A stretch of 64,000 nucleotides of DNA from the human T2T-CHM13v2.0 reference genome, Homo sapiens: assembly GCF_009914755.1 (NCBI RefSeq), contig NC_060938.1, one strand, 5' to 3'. Positions 22,843 through 35,894 of this stretch are shown in pieces. Positions within the stretch are counted from its first letter, which is position 1; every line of letters begins with the position of its first letter. A program made the translations under genes and the position numbers. The notes beneath the pieces were generated by a model. That model had not been told where the DNA came from, ran no database searches, and saw nothing but the letters and a program-made list of their open reading frames with translations.

Positions 22843-25800
22843 CGGAGCGTCCCACGCGCGGCCTGGAGTCAGAGTCACAGTCAGGGGTGCGCCGGCGACC
22901 AATCCAGGGGAGCCCACGGACCGGCTCCGCGCTCCAGGTCGGCCGCCCCATGCGCCGCGCCCCGCAGTCCCCAGGGCCTGGCTGGCTCCACCTGCTGCCA
23001 GGGAAGACCCTCGGCCGGAGAGCCAAGTGCTGCTGGGAGGTGGCCGGGCGTGGCCGGGCTGTGCTGTGGGAACCGCTGGGTGGGGGCGCGCTGGGTTGCC
23101 CACGCTCCTGGCGCGCTGCCGGCCTGGAGACGCCGCCGCCGCCCTCTTGCACCCCGAGGGCCCGCACCTCGAAACTCCGTGGAATTCCCAGCGAGGAACT
23201 GGCGGTGGGCCCGTAGGGTTGAGGAGCGCTCCTTGCCCTGGGCTTCCTGGGAGCTGCCCATCAGGCTGCCGGCAGCCGCACCCTGCTGGGCGGCCGATGG
23301 TTCCCGCTGCCGGCTCCCCGGAGCGTCTCCACTCACTGAGGCCTTAGGGAGCGCTGCGCGGCTCCTACGAGTGCGCGCTAAACTCGTGAAGGACCTCGAG
23401 GCACAGGAACTGGGGGTGGGGAGGAAGTTTGCAGACTACACCCAGGTAGAGGAGAAGCGGCGCCCATGATGACAGGTGCCTTCGCCGGAGCCTCCCTGGA
23501 ACCTCGTGGTAGCTAGCGCCCACAGGAGAGGTGTGCGCGTCAATCTGCGTGTGAAGCCCCGGGCGGCCCTGGGAGGGACTCAGCAAAGGGTCGAATCTGT
23601 CCCCACCTCCAGCCAGGGGCCGGGGTCTTCTGCCTGGTGCTGCCTGGCCTGCTGTGTCCTCTGGGGTGGAGGGTCCCCCTCCAGTCCCCACCTCCTCACC
23701 CAGTGTTTAGAGAGCTGCGGGGAGTCCTGGGAGATGGGTCAGACAGGCCTGGGTTTGAGGCCTGCTAGGGTGGCCTTGGGCCAGTCACCTGCCCTCTCTG
23801 AGCCCGACCTGCACACATAGGGGGTTGATGTGAGGAGACAGGAGGTGACTGTGGAGGGCTGTTCCAGAAGAGGGCCAGCAGCAGGACAGCAAGGTCCCCT
23901 GGCCACCCAGGTGGGGGGAGTGGAGTTCCCGGGAGAGCATCCACCACTGGCCAGTGCCTCCTCTGTTGCTCAGCAAATGCCATTGCGGCCACCTCTCAGG
24001 ATCTGGCTTCAGAGCTTGGGGCCGTGGGAGCGCCCAGTGGGTCTGTGGCATCGGAGGGGTTGGAGTGTCTTCCCCAGCTGCTGCCTGCTGACCACCGCAG
24101 CCCCTTGTAGCCATTTCATTTTACAAGCACGTTCCCCCGTGCCCTCTGCATGGGCCCTCAGCCCTCAGCAGCCCCGTGAGAGGGGCTGAGGCTCAGGTGG
24201 GAGATGGCGGCTGTGTCCCTGTTCTGCGGCTTGGAGGCATTCTGTCCGGTGTGCGTCTGTACAATTTAGACTGATGACAATAAACATGTTCCAAAGCATC
24301 GCTGTGTCCCTGGGGTGCTTGTCCTTTTCCCCCAGGCCTCAGCGTGGTTTCTCCCTTGAAAGCAAGCCAGCCTTTTCCTTCTAATCTCAGAGAAGCAGAA
24401 ATGAGGATGGTTGGTGGAGGGGCAGTGGCCTGGTCCTTACCCAAGACCCTCCCTCAACTCTGCCTCTGGCACTTTGGTCTCCAGGGAAGCCCCCAGCCTC
24501 TGCCACCAGCTTTCTCGTTGCAGTGACCTCCCCTGGGCCACTGGGCCAGACCCCCTCCCTCGGGTTTGAGCTGCACTGCCTCAAGGAGCCAGGCTGGGGA
24601 AAGGGCTTGGCTCCCAGGGGCCCCACTTTCAGGGGCTCCAGCCTGCTCCCACTCCCCCCACTCACCACAACACTGCTCCCTTGGCTGGCTCCCACTCATT
24701 CCCGCTGGAGCCTGTAGACTGGCCCTGGGGACCTGGCCAGGAGAATGGGCAAGGTGGGAGGGTTGAGGGATTGAAGAGACAGAGGCACCTTCCTCCACCC
24801 TCCCTGCCTCTGGCACAGGGGACCGAGAGTCTGTCGTGCATTCAAACCCCAGCTCTATGCCTACAAGCAAGTGACCTTGGCAAGTCCCTTATCCCCTCGG
24901 AGGACCTGTTTCTTCCTTCTGTAGGATGACGTGGAGCTCGCTGGAGGTTCCCCTGACATGATGCAGCACACTTCCTGAGTGCTCAGCAGGGCAGAGCTCA
25001 AGCTGTCACTGGAGCTGATGTGGTGGGAGGGCCAGTGGGGGATCCTTGAAGAGGCCGAATTTCAGCCAGGGCCTCGGAGGACCAATGGAAGGCCTCAGGT
25101 GGCAATGAGGTGTGGTCTTACAACAGGCCCCTACTTGGTCCCTGGGGACACCAGGAGGACAGGCCCCTACTTTGCTGAGACTAGACCTGTGCTTCCTGGC
25201 ACCCCAGCCCCTCCACTCCGGCCTCTCCAGCCTCTGCCCCTGACCCAGGTGGAGGATGGCTCCTCGGGGTCCATTCCTTCAGCCATGGAATTCCTGAAGG
25301 GAAGCTGGGCACGTGGGGCTCCTGGGCTGCTGGTGGAGACACATGCCACCTCTACACAGGGGAGTGTGAACAGAGGCAGATGCAACTTCTGGGTGGAACT
25401 GGGGCACTGTGGTGCTGAGACGTGCCGACTGTGCTGCTGGAGGGCCACGCCGGGGCAGGGCAAAGCATCCCTGCATGAGGCCGACCCACCTGTCCAGGTG
25501 TGCCTGCGTGTTTCCTGATTTGGCACCGAAACGTTCTTGGAATCTTCTGAGTCTGGGGCAAACTGGGACTGCTGATCACCCTACGTGGGACCAGCTCATG
25601 TACACGCTGCCCTACCCACTTGGACAGCTGAACAGCTTGTCTTTTCCACAAGAGAAAGGAACCTTCTGCCTTTTAAAGCCAGTGTTATTTTGGTCTCTGT
25701 TAAAGTAGCTAAACCAGTATGTGAAGGCAGGGGTTCTGACTCACTGCAGAGGCCCAGGCTCAGTGAGTAGGATGGGTGGCAGGGATCTGGGTCTTCACCA

Positions 25801-26087
25801 AGTTCCCAGGCGAGCCTGATAAATGCCCAAGGCTGACAGCAGCTGTCTTAGGCGAGAGACCTCAGGAAGAGAGACAGGCTGGGGGAAGGGGAGACAGGTC
25901 CTGAATCTGCAGCTATGGGTGGTGCCTGGCCTCTACTCCCTGGGAGCAGGAGCCTAGAGTAGAATTTGCATCTTAGCCTCTCTGTCCTTCCCCAGAGGAG
26001 TCCATAGCGCCCGCTGAACAGGTAACCTGCCAGGCCAGGGTCTGGGGGTGCCCACTCGAGGCTCATGGAATCTAATTGTATATGCAG

Positions 26088-26496
26088 GTCTCAGGCCATT
26101 TGTGCTGCTGTAACAAAACCTCTGAGATGGATAATTTATAAGGAACCACGAGAAATTTATTTCTTCAGATCTGGAGGCTGGAAGTCTAAGATCAAGGTGC
26201 TGGCAGGTTCAATAGCTTGTGAGGTCTCAGTCTCTGCTTCCAAGTTGGTGCCTTGCGTGGGTGCTCTGGAGGGGAGGGACACCATGTCCTCACACGACAG
26301 AAGGGATGAACAGCAGAAAGGATGGGAAGGGCAAACTCGCCCCCTCATGCCCTTTTATAAGGCACAAATCCTACCCATGAGGGTGGAGCACTCATGGCCT
26401 CCTCAGCTGCTGAAGGCATCAGCTCTTCATCCTGTTGCACTGGGGATGAAGTTTCAACATGAATTTTGGAGGGTCACAAGCACTCAAGCCATGGCA
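26088..26496 (-). mobile_element. ERVL-MaLR solo LTR (MST/MLT1-like)
   Basis: TGCTGCTGTAACAAAA...TCTGGAGGCTGGAAGTCTAAGATCAAGGTG...GTTTCAACATGAATTTTGGAGGG...CAAGCCATGGCA. Confidence 0.88.
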
Positions 26497-26739
26497 ACAT
26501 ATTTGCAGTTGAGAATCATCAGAGGGAGGACAGATGATGGCTCCTTCCTGGGTGACTAGATAAGCCCCATGGGACAGCACATCTGTCACAGGGCTGTGGG
26601 GTCACTGTGACTGGCTTTCTGAGTATCTTTCCGTGGTTCTGAGGCTGCCCGGGGAGCAAAGTTGTGCTGGGAGGGCACACATACAAGCTGAGTTGCCTTG
26701 AGCCCGCCAGTCTTTGTCGGGGGTGTCACTATTTTTCTT

Positions 26740-26930
26740 GGGTTTATTGAAATGCCACTGACCTACAGTAAAGTGCACAGGTTTACAGTGTACAATTTGA
26801 TGACTCTTGACATATATATGCACATCTGTGAAACCATGACCACAGTCAAGATGATAAACCGTTGACCAAACACAGCTACCTGCAGGGTTCATCCAGCCCT
26901 TGGTGATCCCTCTTTACTTCCCCAACTCCT
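26740..26930 (-). mobile_element. Old L1 3'-end fragment (L1M-type)
   Basis: TTATTGAAAT...CAGTAAAGTGCACA...GTGTACAATTTGATGA...TGTGAAACCA pattern. Confidence 0.65.
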
Positions 26931-27371
26931 CCCACCCCTGGAGTTTTCTTTGTTGGAAAGAACTCCAAATTCAACTTATTTCCTAGATATAGGAACATTC
27001 AGCATATCTATTTCTTCTTGAGTGAGTTTTAGTGATTGTTTCTTTTGCAGGATTTATTTAATCTAATGTTGAATTTATTGGTATAAAGTTATGCATACTA
27101 TTCCATTATTATCTTTGAATATCTGTAGACTGTGGTGATGAACCATTTCTCATTCTTAATATTAATTATGTGTTTTCTCTTTTTTTCTTGATCCATCTGG
27201 ATAGAGGTTTATAATTTTTATCAATTTTGGGAAAGAACCAGCTTTTGGTTTTATTGATTTTCTCTATTGTTTTTCTGTTTTCTATCTCAATGATTTCCAC
27301 TCTGATCTTTATTATTTCCTTTCTTCTCCTGACTTTGACTTTTATTTGCTCCCTTTTTCTAGTTTCTTTTT

Positions 27372-27650
27372 TAAATGTTTTATTTATTTGACATATAAAA
27401 TTGTATATATTTATCATGTACAACATGTTGTTTTGATATACATATAATTATGGAATGCCTAAATCAAGCTAATCAATATATGCATTACTTTACCTACTTA
27501 TCTTTTTTTGTGGTGAGAACACTTTCTTAGCAATTTTCAAAAGTACAATACATTGTTATTAACTATAGTTACCATGTTATACAATAGATCTCTAGAACCT
27601 ATTCCTCCTAACTGAAATTTTGAATCATTTGACCAACACCTCCTCAACTT
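27372..27650 (-). mobile_element. Nested L1MA-like 3'-end fragment
   Basis: ATTGTATATATTTATCATGTACAACATG...CATTGTTATTAACTATAGTTACCATG..CAATAGATCTC interrupts the ORF2 remnant. Confidence 0.75.
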
Positions 27651-27859
27651 CTTTTTCTTAAGGTAGAAGCTGAGGTCACTGATATATGACCTTTCATCTT
27701 TTCTAATGTAGTCATTTTATTGCTATAATTTCCGTCTAAGCACTGCTTTAGCTCCATTATACAAATGTAGATGTAGTGTGCTTTCAGGTTCATTCACTTT
27801 AAGATACTTGCTAATTCCCGTTTTGAATTTTTCTTTGACATTTGGATTATTTAGAATTC

Positions 27860-27905
27860 CCTTCCCTTACCTTCTCTTCCCTCCCCTCCCCTCCCTCCTT
27901 CTTTC

Positions 27906-27968
<63 letters not shown>

Positions 27969-28064
27969 CTCTCTCTCTCTCTTTCTTTCTTTCCTTCTTT
28001 CTTTCTTTCCTTCCTTCTTTCTTTCTTCTTTTCTTTCTTTTTCTTTTCTTTTCTTTCTTTTTTT
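27860..28064. repeat. Polypyrimidine STR with (TTTC)15 at 27908-27967, expanded Alu tail
   Basis: Read directly from the sequence. Confidence 0.95.
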
Positions 28065-28343
28065 GACGAGTCTGAGTCTGTTTCCCACATTGGAGTGCAG
28101 TGGCACGATCTCCACTCACCACAACTTCTACCTGCCAGGCTCAAGCAATCCTTCCACCTCAGCCCCTGAAGTAGCTGGGACTACAGGTGTGTGCCACCAT
28201 GCCTGGCTAATTTTTGTAGTTTTTGTAGACATGGGGTTTTGTCATGTTACCCAGGCTGGTCTCAAACTCCTGGGCTCAGGTGATACACCAGCCTTGGCCT
28301 CCCAAAGTGCTGGGATTATAGGCATGAGCTGCCACACCTGGCC
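28065..28343 (-). mobile_element. Alu (AluJ-like)
   Basis: Reverse Alu: TGGAGTGCAGTGGC...CTCCTGGGCTCA...CCCAAAGTGCTGGGATTA. Confidence 0.93.
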
Positions 28344-28799
28344 TGGGAGTGTATAATTTTTAGTTTCAAAATATTTGGGAATTTTCATAGTCTGTTTCTG
28401 ATATTGATTTCTAATTTAATTCCATCATAGTCAGAAACCATACTCTGTATTACTTGAGTCCTATTAAGTTTATTGGACTTGTTTTATGGCCCATAATATG
28501 TTTTATTTTGGTAAATGTACTGAAAAATAATGTGTATTTTGCTGTCATTGGGGGCACTGTTCTACAAATGTCAACTAGGTTAAGTTGGTTGATAGTGTTG
28601 TTCAAGCCCACTGTATCCTTACAATTTTGTGTCTAGCTGTTTTATCAATTACTGAGAGAGGACTGTTAAAGTCTCCAACTATAACTATGGATTTGCCATT
28701 TCTCCTTTCAGTTCTATTCATTTTTGCTTCATGTGTTTCTGGACCTCTGTTATATGGTGAATAAACATTGATAATTCTTATGTCCTCTTCTTGAAATAA

Positions 28800-29131
<332 letters not shown>

Positions 29132-29945
29132 TGAAATTGCTTTCTTTATCCTTGATTATATTCTTTGCTCTGAAATTTCTTTTCTTTTACTACATTAAAG
29201 TTGTTCCAGTGTCTTCTGGCTTGCATTATTTCTGATGAGAACAATGCTGTCATTCTTATCTTTGTTCATTTGCATTTAATATGCCTTTTTGTTATTAACA
29301 TAGGCATTCCAGCTTTCTTTCGATTAGTGTTAATGTGTTTCTTTTTGTATCCTTTTACATTTAACCTATTTCTCTTTTTACATTTAAGCATTTTTTTTGT
29401 AGGTAGCACATAGTTGGATCTTATTTTTTTATTTGGTCAGACAATCTCTGTCTTTTAATTGAGATATTTAGACCATTTACATTTACTGTGATTATTTACA
29501 CATTTGAATTTTGATCTGTCATCTTGCTCTTTGTTTTCTTTCTGTCCTATTCATTTTTTTGTTCTCCATTTATTTATTTTTTTGCCTTCTTTTGGATTGA
29601 TGGACTATTTTATGATTCAAATTTATACTCTTTGTTGTCTTATTAGCTACAACTCTTTGATATGTTTTTTCATTGTTTGCTTTAGGACTTACATATACAT
29701 CTTTAACTTATCATATTCCATTTTAAAATAATATTAATTTATGTACAGTGTAAAAAATTATGTATAGTATTAGAATCTTGCAGCCTTATAGATACATAAC
29801 AGTACACTTCCATTTCTCCCTCCCAGGCTTTGTGCTATTGTTATTCTTCATTTTATTTCTATATATGTTCTAAGCCCTACAATATAGTGAATTTTTTCTT
29901 TAGTCAGTTATCTCTTAAAGAGATGTAAAAATGAGAGAAAAAAGA

Positions 29946-30251
29946 TTTTATTTTATTTTATTTAGTTTTTGAGATGAAGTCTCACAATTTCAGGCAGGCT
30001 GGAGTACAGCGGTGTGATCTTGGCTCACCGAAACCTCCACCTCCCGGGTTCAAGCGATTCTCCTGCCTCAGCTTCCTAAGTAGCTAAGACTACAGTTGCG
30101 CACAACCATGCCCAGCTAATTCTTGTATTTTTAGTAGTGATGGGGTTTTGCTATGTTGGCCAGGCTGGTCTTGAACTCCTGACCTCAGGTGATCCACCCG
30201 CCTCGGCCTCCCAAAGTGCTGAGATTACAGGTGTGAGCCCCACGCCTGGAC
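29946..30251 (-). mobile_element. Alu (AluS-like)
   Basis: Reverse Alu with CTGACCTCAGGTGATCCACCCGCC. Confidence 0.94.
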
Positions 30252-31489
30252 AAAATATTTTATTTTTGCCAGCATGTTTACCATTTCTGGCGCTCCTTTG
30301 TGTTGATCCAGATTTCCATTTGGTATAATTTGCTTTATGCCTGTAAGACTTCTTTAACATTTCTGGTAGTGCAGGTCTGCTGTTGATAAATTATTCACCT
30401 TTTCAACGTCTGAAAAAGTCTTAATTTTGCCTGTGGTTTTGAAACATATTTTCATTGGCCATGGAATTCTAGATCAAAAGTGTCTTTTTCTTTCACTGCA
30501 TTAAACTTGTTCCAGTGTCTTCTGGCTTGCATTATTTCTGATGAGAACAATGCTGTCATTCTTATCTTTGTTCGTTGCATTCAATATGCCTCTCCTCTAC
30601 CACGTAGTTAAGATTTTATCACTTGTTTTCAGAAATCTCATTATGTGCCTTGATGTTTTCTTCATGTTTCTTGTGCTTGAGGTTCATTGAGATTCTTGGA
30701 TGTGTGAGTTTACGGTTTTCACCAAATTCTGAAAGTTTTCAGCCATTATTTCTTTAAATATTGTGCACAAACCCCTATTCCTTTTCTGGCATTTTCATTA
30801 CATATATATCAGGCCACTTAAAGTTGTCCCAAAGATCACTGTAGCTCTGTTCATTTTTAAAAATAGTTTTTTTGGGTTTTCTTGTTTCATTTTGAATAGT
30901 TCCTATTGCTATCCAAATAACTACTTCTTCTGCAGTGTCTAATTTGCTATTAATTCTATCCAGTGTAATTTTCATCCTGGACATTATATTCTCCATCTGT
31001 GGAAGTTTAATTAGGTCTGTTTTATAACTTCTCAATGTTTCCATATCCTCTTGAACATATTAAAATATAGTTATAAAAACAGATTTAATGTTCTTGTCTA
31101 TTAATTACATCATCTGCTTCATTTTTGGGTTCTACAGATAGGTTTTTTTCTTCTCATCATGTATTTTTCTGTTTCTTTGCATGCCTGGTAATTTTTGTTG
31201 GTTGTTAAACATTGTGAATTTTACATTGTTGGGTGCTGGATAATTTCATTTCCTATAAATATTTGTGAGCTTTGTTCGGGGACATGGTTAAATTACTTGC
31301 AAATGGCTTGATCCTTTTGAGGCTTGCTTTTAGCTCTGTTAAGTGGGACCAGTTCAGCCTTTATTATGGGACTAATTTTTCCCCAACAATGAGGCAACCT
31401 TTCTGAGTAGTCTACCTCATGTCTTCTAAATGATAAGATTTTTCCTTCTGGTTGGTGGGAACAGAAACTATTCACACCATGGGTTAATT

Positions 31490-32000
31490 TTTTTTTTTAA
31501 TTTAAAAAATTTTGATGAAATACATAATGTAAAATTTACCATTTTATCCATTTTTAAGTGTACAGTTCATGGCATTAAGTACACTCACATGGTTGTGCAA
31601 CCACCTGCTACCAGCTAGCTCTGTAACTTTTCATCTTCCCAAACTGCAACTCTCTACCTCGCAAACAATAACTCCTCATTTCCCCTTCCCCAGCCCCTGG
31701 CGACCATCATTCTCCTTTCTGTCTCTATGAATTTGATGACTCTAGGGACCTCATCTAAATGGAATCCTGTGGTATGCATCCTTTTGTGACTGGCTTATTT
31801 CACTTAGCATAGCAACTTCAAGGTTCATCCGTGTTGTGCTGTGTCAGAATTTTCTTCCTTTTTAAGGCTGAGTAATATTCCATTGTATGGCTATACCACA
31901 TTTTGTTTATTCATCTACTGGCAGACACTTGGGTTGCTTCCATCTGTTGGCTGCTGTGAATAATGCTGCTATGAACATAGGTACACAAACATCTGCTTTA
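31490..32000 (-). mobile_element. Nested L1MB-like 3'-end fragment
   Basis: TTTTAAGTGTACAGTTCA..GGCATTAAGTACA..CCCAGCCCCTGGC..TTTAAGGCTGAGTAATATTCCATTGTATGG. Confidence 0.82.
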
Positions 32001-32860
32001 GCTCCCAGCATGGTGTGGAATGTGGGCAGCTTTCCCTCAGCTCCTTTTAGGTGGTTTTATCCAAAGCCATGGGTAATTTATGGATCCTCATGAGTTGATC
32101 CATACTCAGCTGAAGATTCAAGGGGCACTCTCTGCAGATCTCCAGAGCTAAGCTTTTGTGCAAACTCTATTCTGCATTCTCTAGCCACCTTGGTCCTTCC
32201 AGACTCAACTGTGTCTCCTCTGTTTAGGGGCACCTGTGGGCCCCTCCTGGGTCCTCCCTTCTCATGCTGAGGCCTGTCCTCTCTCCAGGCTGGGGCGGTC
32301 AGGGCTCGCCTTTGTTTTCCTGCTCTCAGGGATCACTCTCCTGTCCTGCCTGATAGACAATGTCTATAAACTGGTGTTTCATATGCTTTTTCCAATGTTT
32401 AAGTTATTTCTGGTGGGAGTGTAAATCTGGTCTCTGTTACTTTATCTTGGCTCAGAGTGAAAGTCCTTACCCATCTCCTTATTACCCCAAGAACACTGGC
32501 TCATACTCCTACCTGTGGACTGTTGACATTTTTTTTAACCACATTCCTTTTCCTGAGACATTTGTGGTTGTCTCCAGCGCCTGCCAATGTTGTTGCAGGT
32601 ACGCCCTGGTGGCCTCTGCCACACCCTCTGTTAGGCCTTCATTTGGAACCAGAGCTCTGCCAGACTCCTCACACCACCTGCTGCATTCTCCTGGGGGCTC
32701 AGACGTACCAACTGGCTCAGGGATGGGACGTGTGCTCACCCATCATAAGCAAGTTGTATATATATGTACCATTTCATATACTCACACAGCTTCCCTGAAG
32801 GCTTGGGGTCAGCAGAAGTACCATGCAGGAGAGGTATCTTTAGAAGTGTCCGCTTGATGA

Positions 32861-33186
<326 letters not shown>

Positions 33187-33395
33187 CAACTCAGTCCCTT
33201 CTGAGGGAACTCTCCAGGTATTTCTCTCCCCCACCTCACTCCCTGCCAGCCTTCCTTTAGTTCCAGTTAAAATTTTGCCCAAATCATCCTCCTGACTGAA
33301 TAGTTTATTGGAAAGACATGCCAATACACAGGTTAAGCAACGCTCCATAGCTAAGGTAGCACAGAGGAGGACATTTTGCAGTCTGGCTTATTTAG

Positions 33396-33675
<280 letters not shown>

Positions 33676-34366
33676 TAGACTTTATTAATACTCCTTCTTG
33701 CCTCCTAGTAGACACATGTAAGGATTTAATTTTCCTTTGAGAACCACTTTGGTCTCAGACCACACATGGTGATAATGTGGTATTCACTGACTCGCTTTCT
33801 TTACAATTTCCATTGAGACCTCTTCTAGGAATTACTCAGAAGTATATATCTACATATTTAAATTAAACAAATAATTACTTTAAAATGAAATTTAAACAGT
33901 ATATAATTTAAGAAGTCAAATGCTCGTCAATGTTGGAAGAAAAACAGAAGCCTCCTGCCCCACCTATTCCTACCCCAAGTTCCACTTCTTGGCAGTGACC
34001 TCTTTTAGCTGCTTCTCCTATTTACTTCTGTATTCCAAATAACCCACTTTTCCTGCAATTTTTACTTTTCAGTTTTATGTCCTTTCTAGGGATCTACTAT
34101 GGAAGCTGAAGATTTTATATCACTCTGACCATTTTCTCTGTCCACGCTACTCCTATCCTTCTTATAGCTTGGTCACAATGTTTGATTAAATCAGCATTCA
34201 GAGTTCACATTAGGATTGTGAGCTATGTAAAGATCATTCACAGCTGAGCGTTTCAGCATCTGTGATCACAGTTCTTTTCCGATATAGCTTTAAACTTAAA
34301 CATGGTTTTATTTTAAAATTGGCGTAATTATTTTTTGTATTATGAATAATTCCCATGCTCTTTGAT

Positions 34367-34758
34367 TTTTTTTTTTTTTTTTGAGATGGGATCTTGCTCT
34401 GTTACCCAGGCTAGAGTATAGTGATGTGATTTTTAGCTCACTGCAAGCTCAAACTCCTGGGCTTAAGCAATCCTCTGGCCTCAGCCTCCTGAGCAGCTGA
34501 GACTACAGGCCCACATTACCATGCCTGACTAATTTTAGTCCCTTCCCTTCCCTTCCCTTCCCTTCCCTTCCCTTCCCTTCCCCTCCCTTCCCCTCCCTTC
34601 CCCTCCCCTGCCCTCCCCTTCCCTTCCTTCTTTCTTTCTGTAGAGTCAAGGTGTTACTATGTTGCCCAGGGTGGTCTTGAACTCCTGGCCACAAGTGACC
34701 CTTCTGCCTCATTCTCCCAAAGTACTGAGATTACAGGCATAAGCCACTATGCCCAGCC
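34367..34758 (-). mobile_element. Alu (AluJ-like) with internal (CCCTT)n expansion
   Basis: TSD CCATGCTCTTTGAT at 34353 and 34759; middle linker replaced by ~100 nt of repeat at 34540-34639. Confidence 0.93.
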
Positions 34759-35850
34759 CCATGCTCTTTGATAGAAGTTTAAATTTCTTCTAAATGTGTT
34801 AAAATACATGAAGTAATCTAATTCCTTCCTTTTTTTCCTTCTCTCTACCTGTAGAGAGTGCTTAATGCTTGCTCCAATATGAACCCGTTGGGACTGCCGT
34901 TCAGTGGACATCCTTGATCTCCATTCACCACTTTCTTGGGTTAGCTCCCATCTCCTTGATTCCACATCCTCTTTTTCCTTGGTTTAGTTTCTTGCTGTGG
35001 GGGAGCCCATTATCCAAGAACTTAAAGAAAGAGAAAAATCAAAGGCAAACCTTTTTGTCTTTACTTTTATGCTAAGCTGATATTAATAGTTTAGCTGGGT
35101 ATAGAATTCTAGACAGGGAATCATTTTCCCTCAGTTTTGGACACTGAAATCCATCATCTTCTAGTTTTCATTGTTTCCATTGAGAAGTCAGATGTCAGTT
35201 GGCTTCCTGATCCATCCTCCTCCTCTCACCCCCAGAAGCTTTTAGTATCTTCTGTTTTTTCCTGGTGTTATTTTGAAATTTCAAGATGTTGGCCTTTTCT
35301 TCCCCCCTTTCTTGTGCTGGCCATTGAAGATTTCTAGCTCTTGGTTCTGGGCAAATGTTTTGGCATTATTCCTTCACTCATATTTTTTCTATCCTTCTCA
35401 GGAACTCCTGTGATTCAGATGCTGAATTTCCTAACTCTGTAATTCAAAAAATGCTCCCATCTTATTTTCCAACTCTTTTTTCTTTACTTTCTGGGAGGTT
35501 TCCTTAATTTTATCTTTCACCCTCTTTCTTGAATTTTGTTATTATATTTTTATTTTCCAAGTGCTTTTTAAAGTGTCCTCTGAATTGCATCTGCACTTAA
35601 GTTCATGGAAGTCAATATTTTCTTTCTCTGAGGAAATTCCACGGTCATGCTCAGGACTAGTTGTGGAGATGCCATATCCTGTTAGGCCCTGGGTGGCAGC
35701 TCCTGAAGTGTGTGGTGTCTTTGGTGTGGTTAATGGTGTTGCCTGGACCCCAGGGTCTGAGGGAGTGGCACTCTCAGCATTCCCATCTTCACTGATTCAG
35801 CACCTCACTCTGTGTGGTGCATCAATGCTCTACACTCTCGTGTAAGCCAT

Positions 35851-35853
<3 letters not shown>

Positions 35854-35893
<40 letters not shown>
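35854..35893. repeat. (CA)20 microsatellite
   Basis: Uninterrupted CA run. Confidence 0.97.

Positions 35894-35894
<1 letters not shown>

Larger units (their letters stand above)
21950..23600. promoter_or_regulatory. CpG island / MIR203 promoter
   Basis: Dense CpG; GC boxes; AP-1 TGAGTCA 22260-22266; E-boxes 22072 and 22202; TATA-like CATAAAA 22419-22425; boundaries approximate. Confidence 0.88.

Noticed and set aside
22129-23469. ORFs over MIR203 as a miRNA-encoded peptide
   Set aside because: Mostly non-ATG starts and CpG-island composition; I saw no ATG between the TATA-like box and the hairpin
27778-28356. Phe/Leu/Ser-rich membrane-like ORF and Lys/Glu/Arg-rich antisense ORFs
   Set aside because: Translations of the (TTTC)n tract and an Alu
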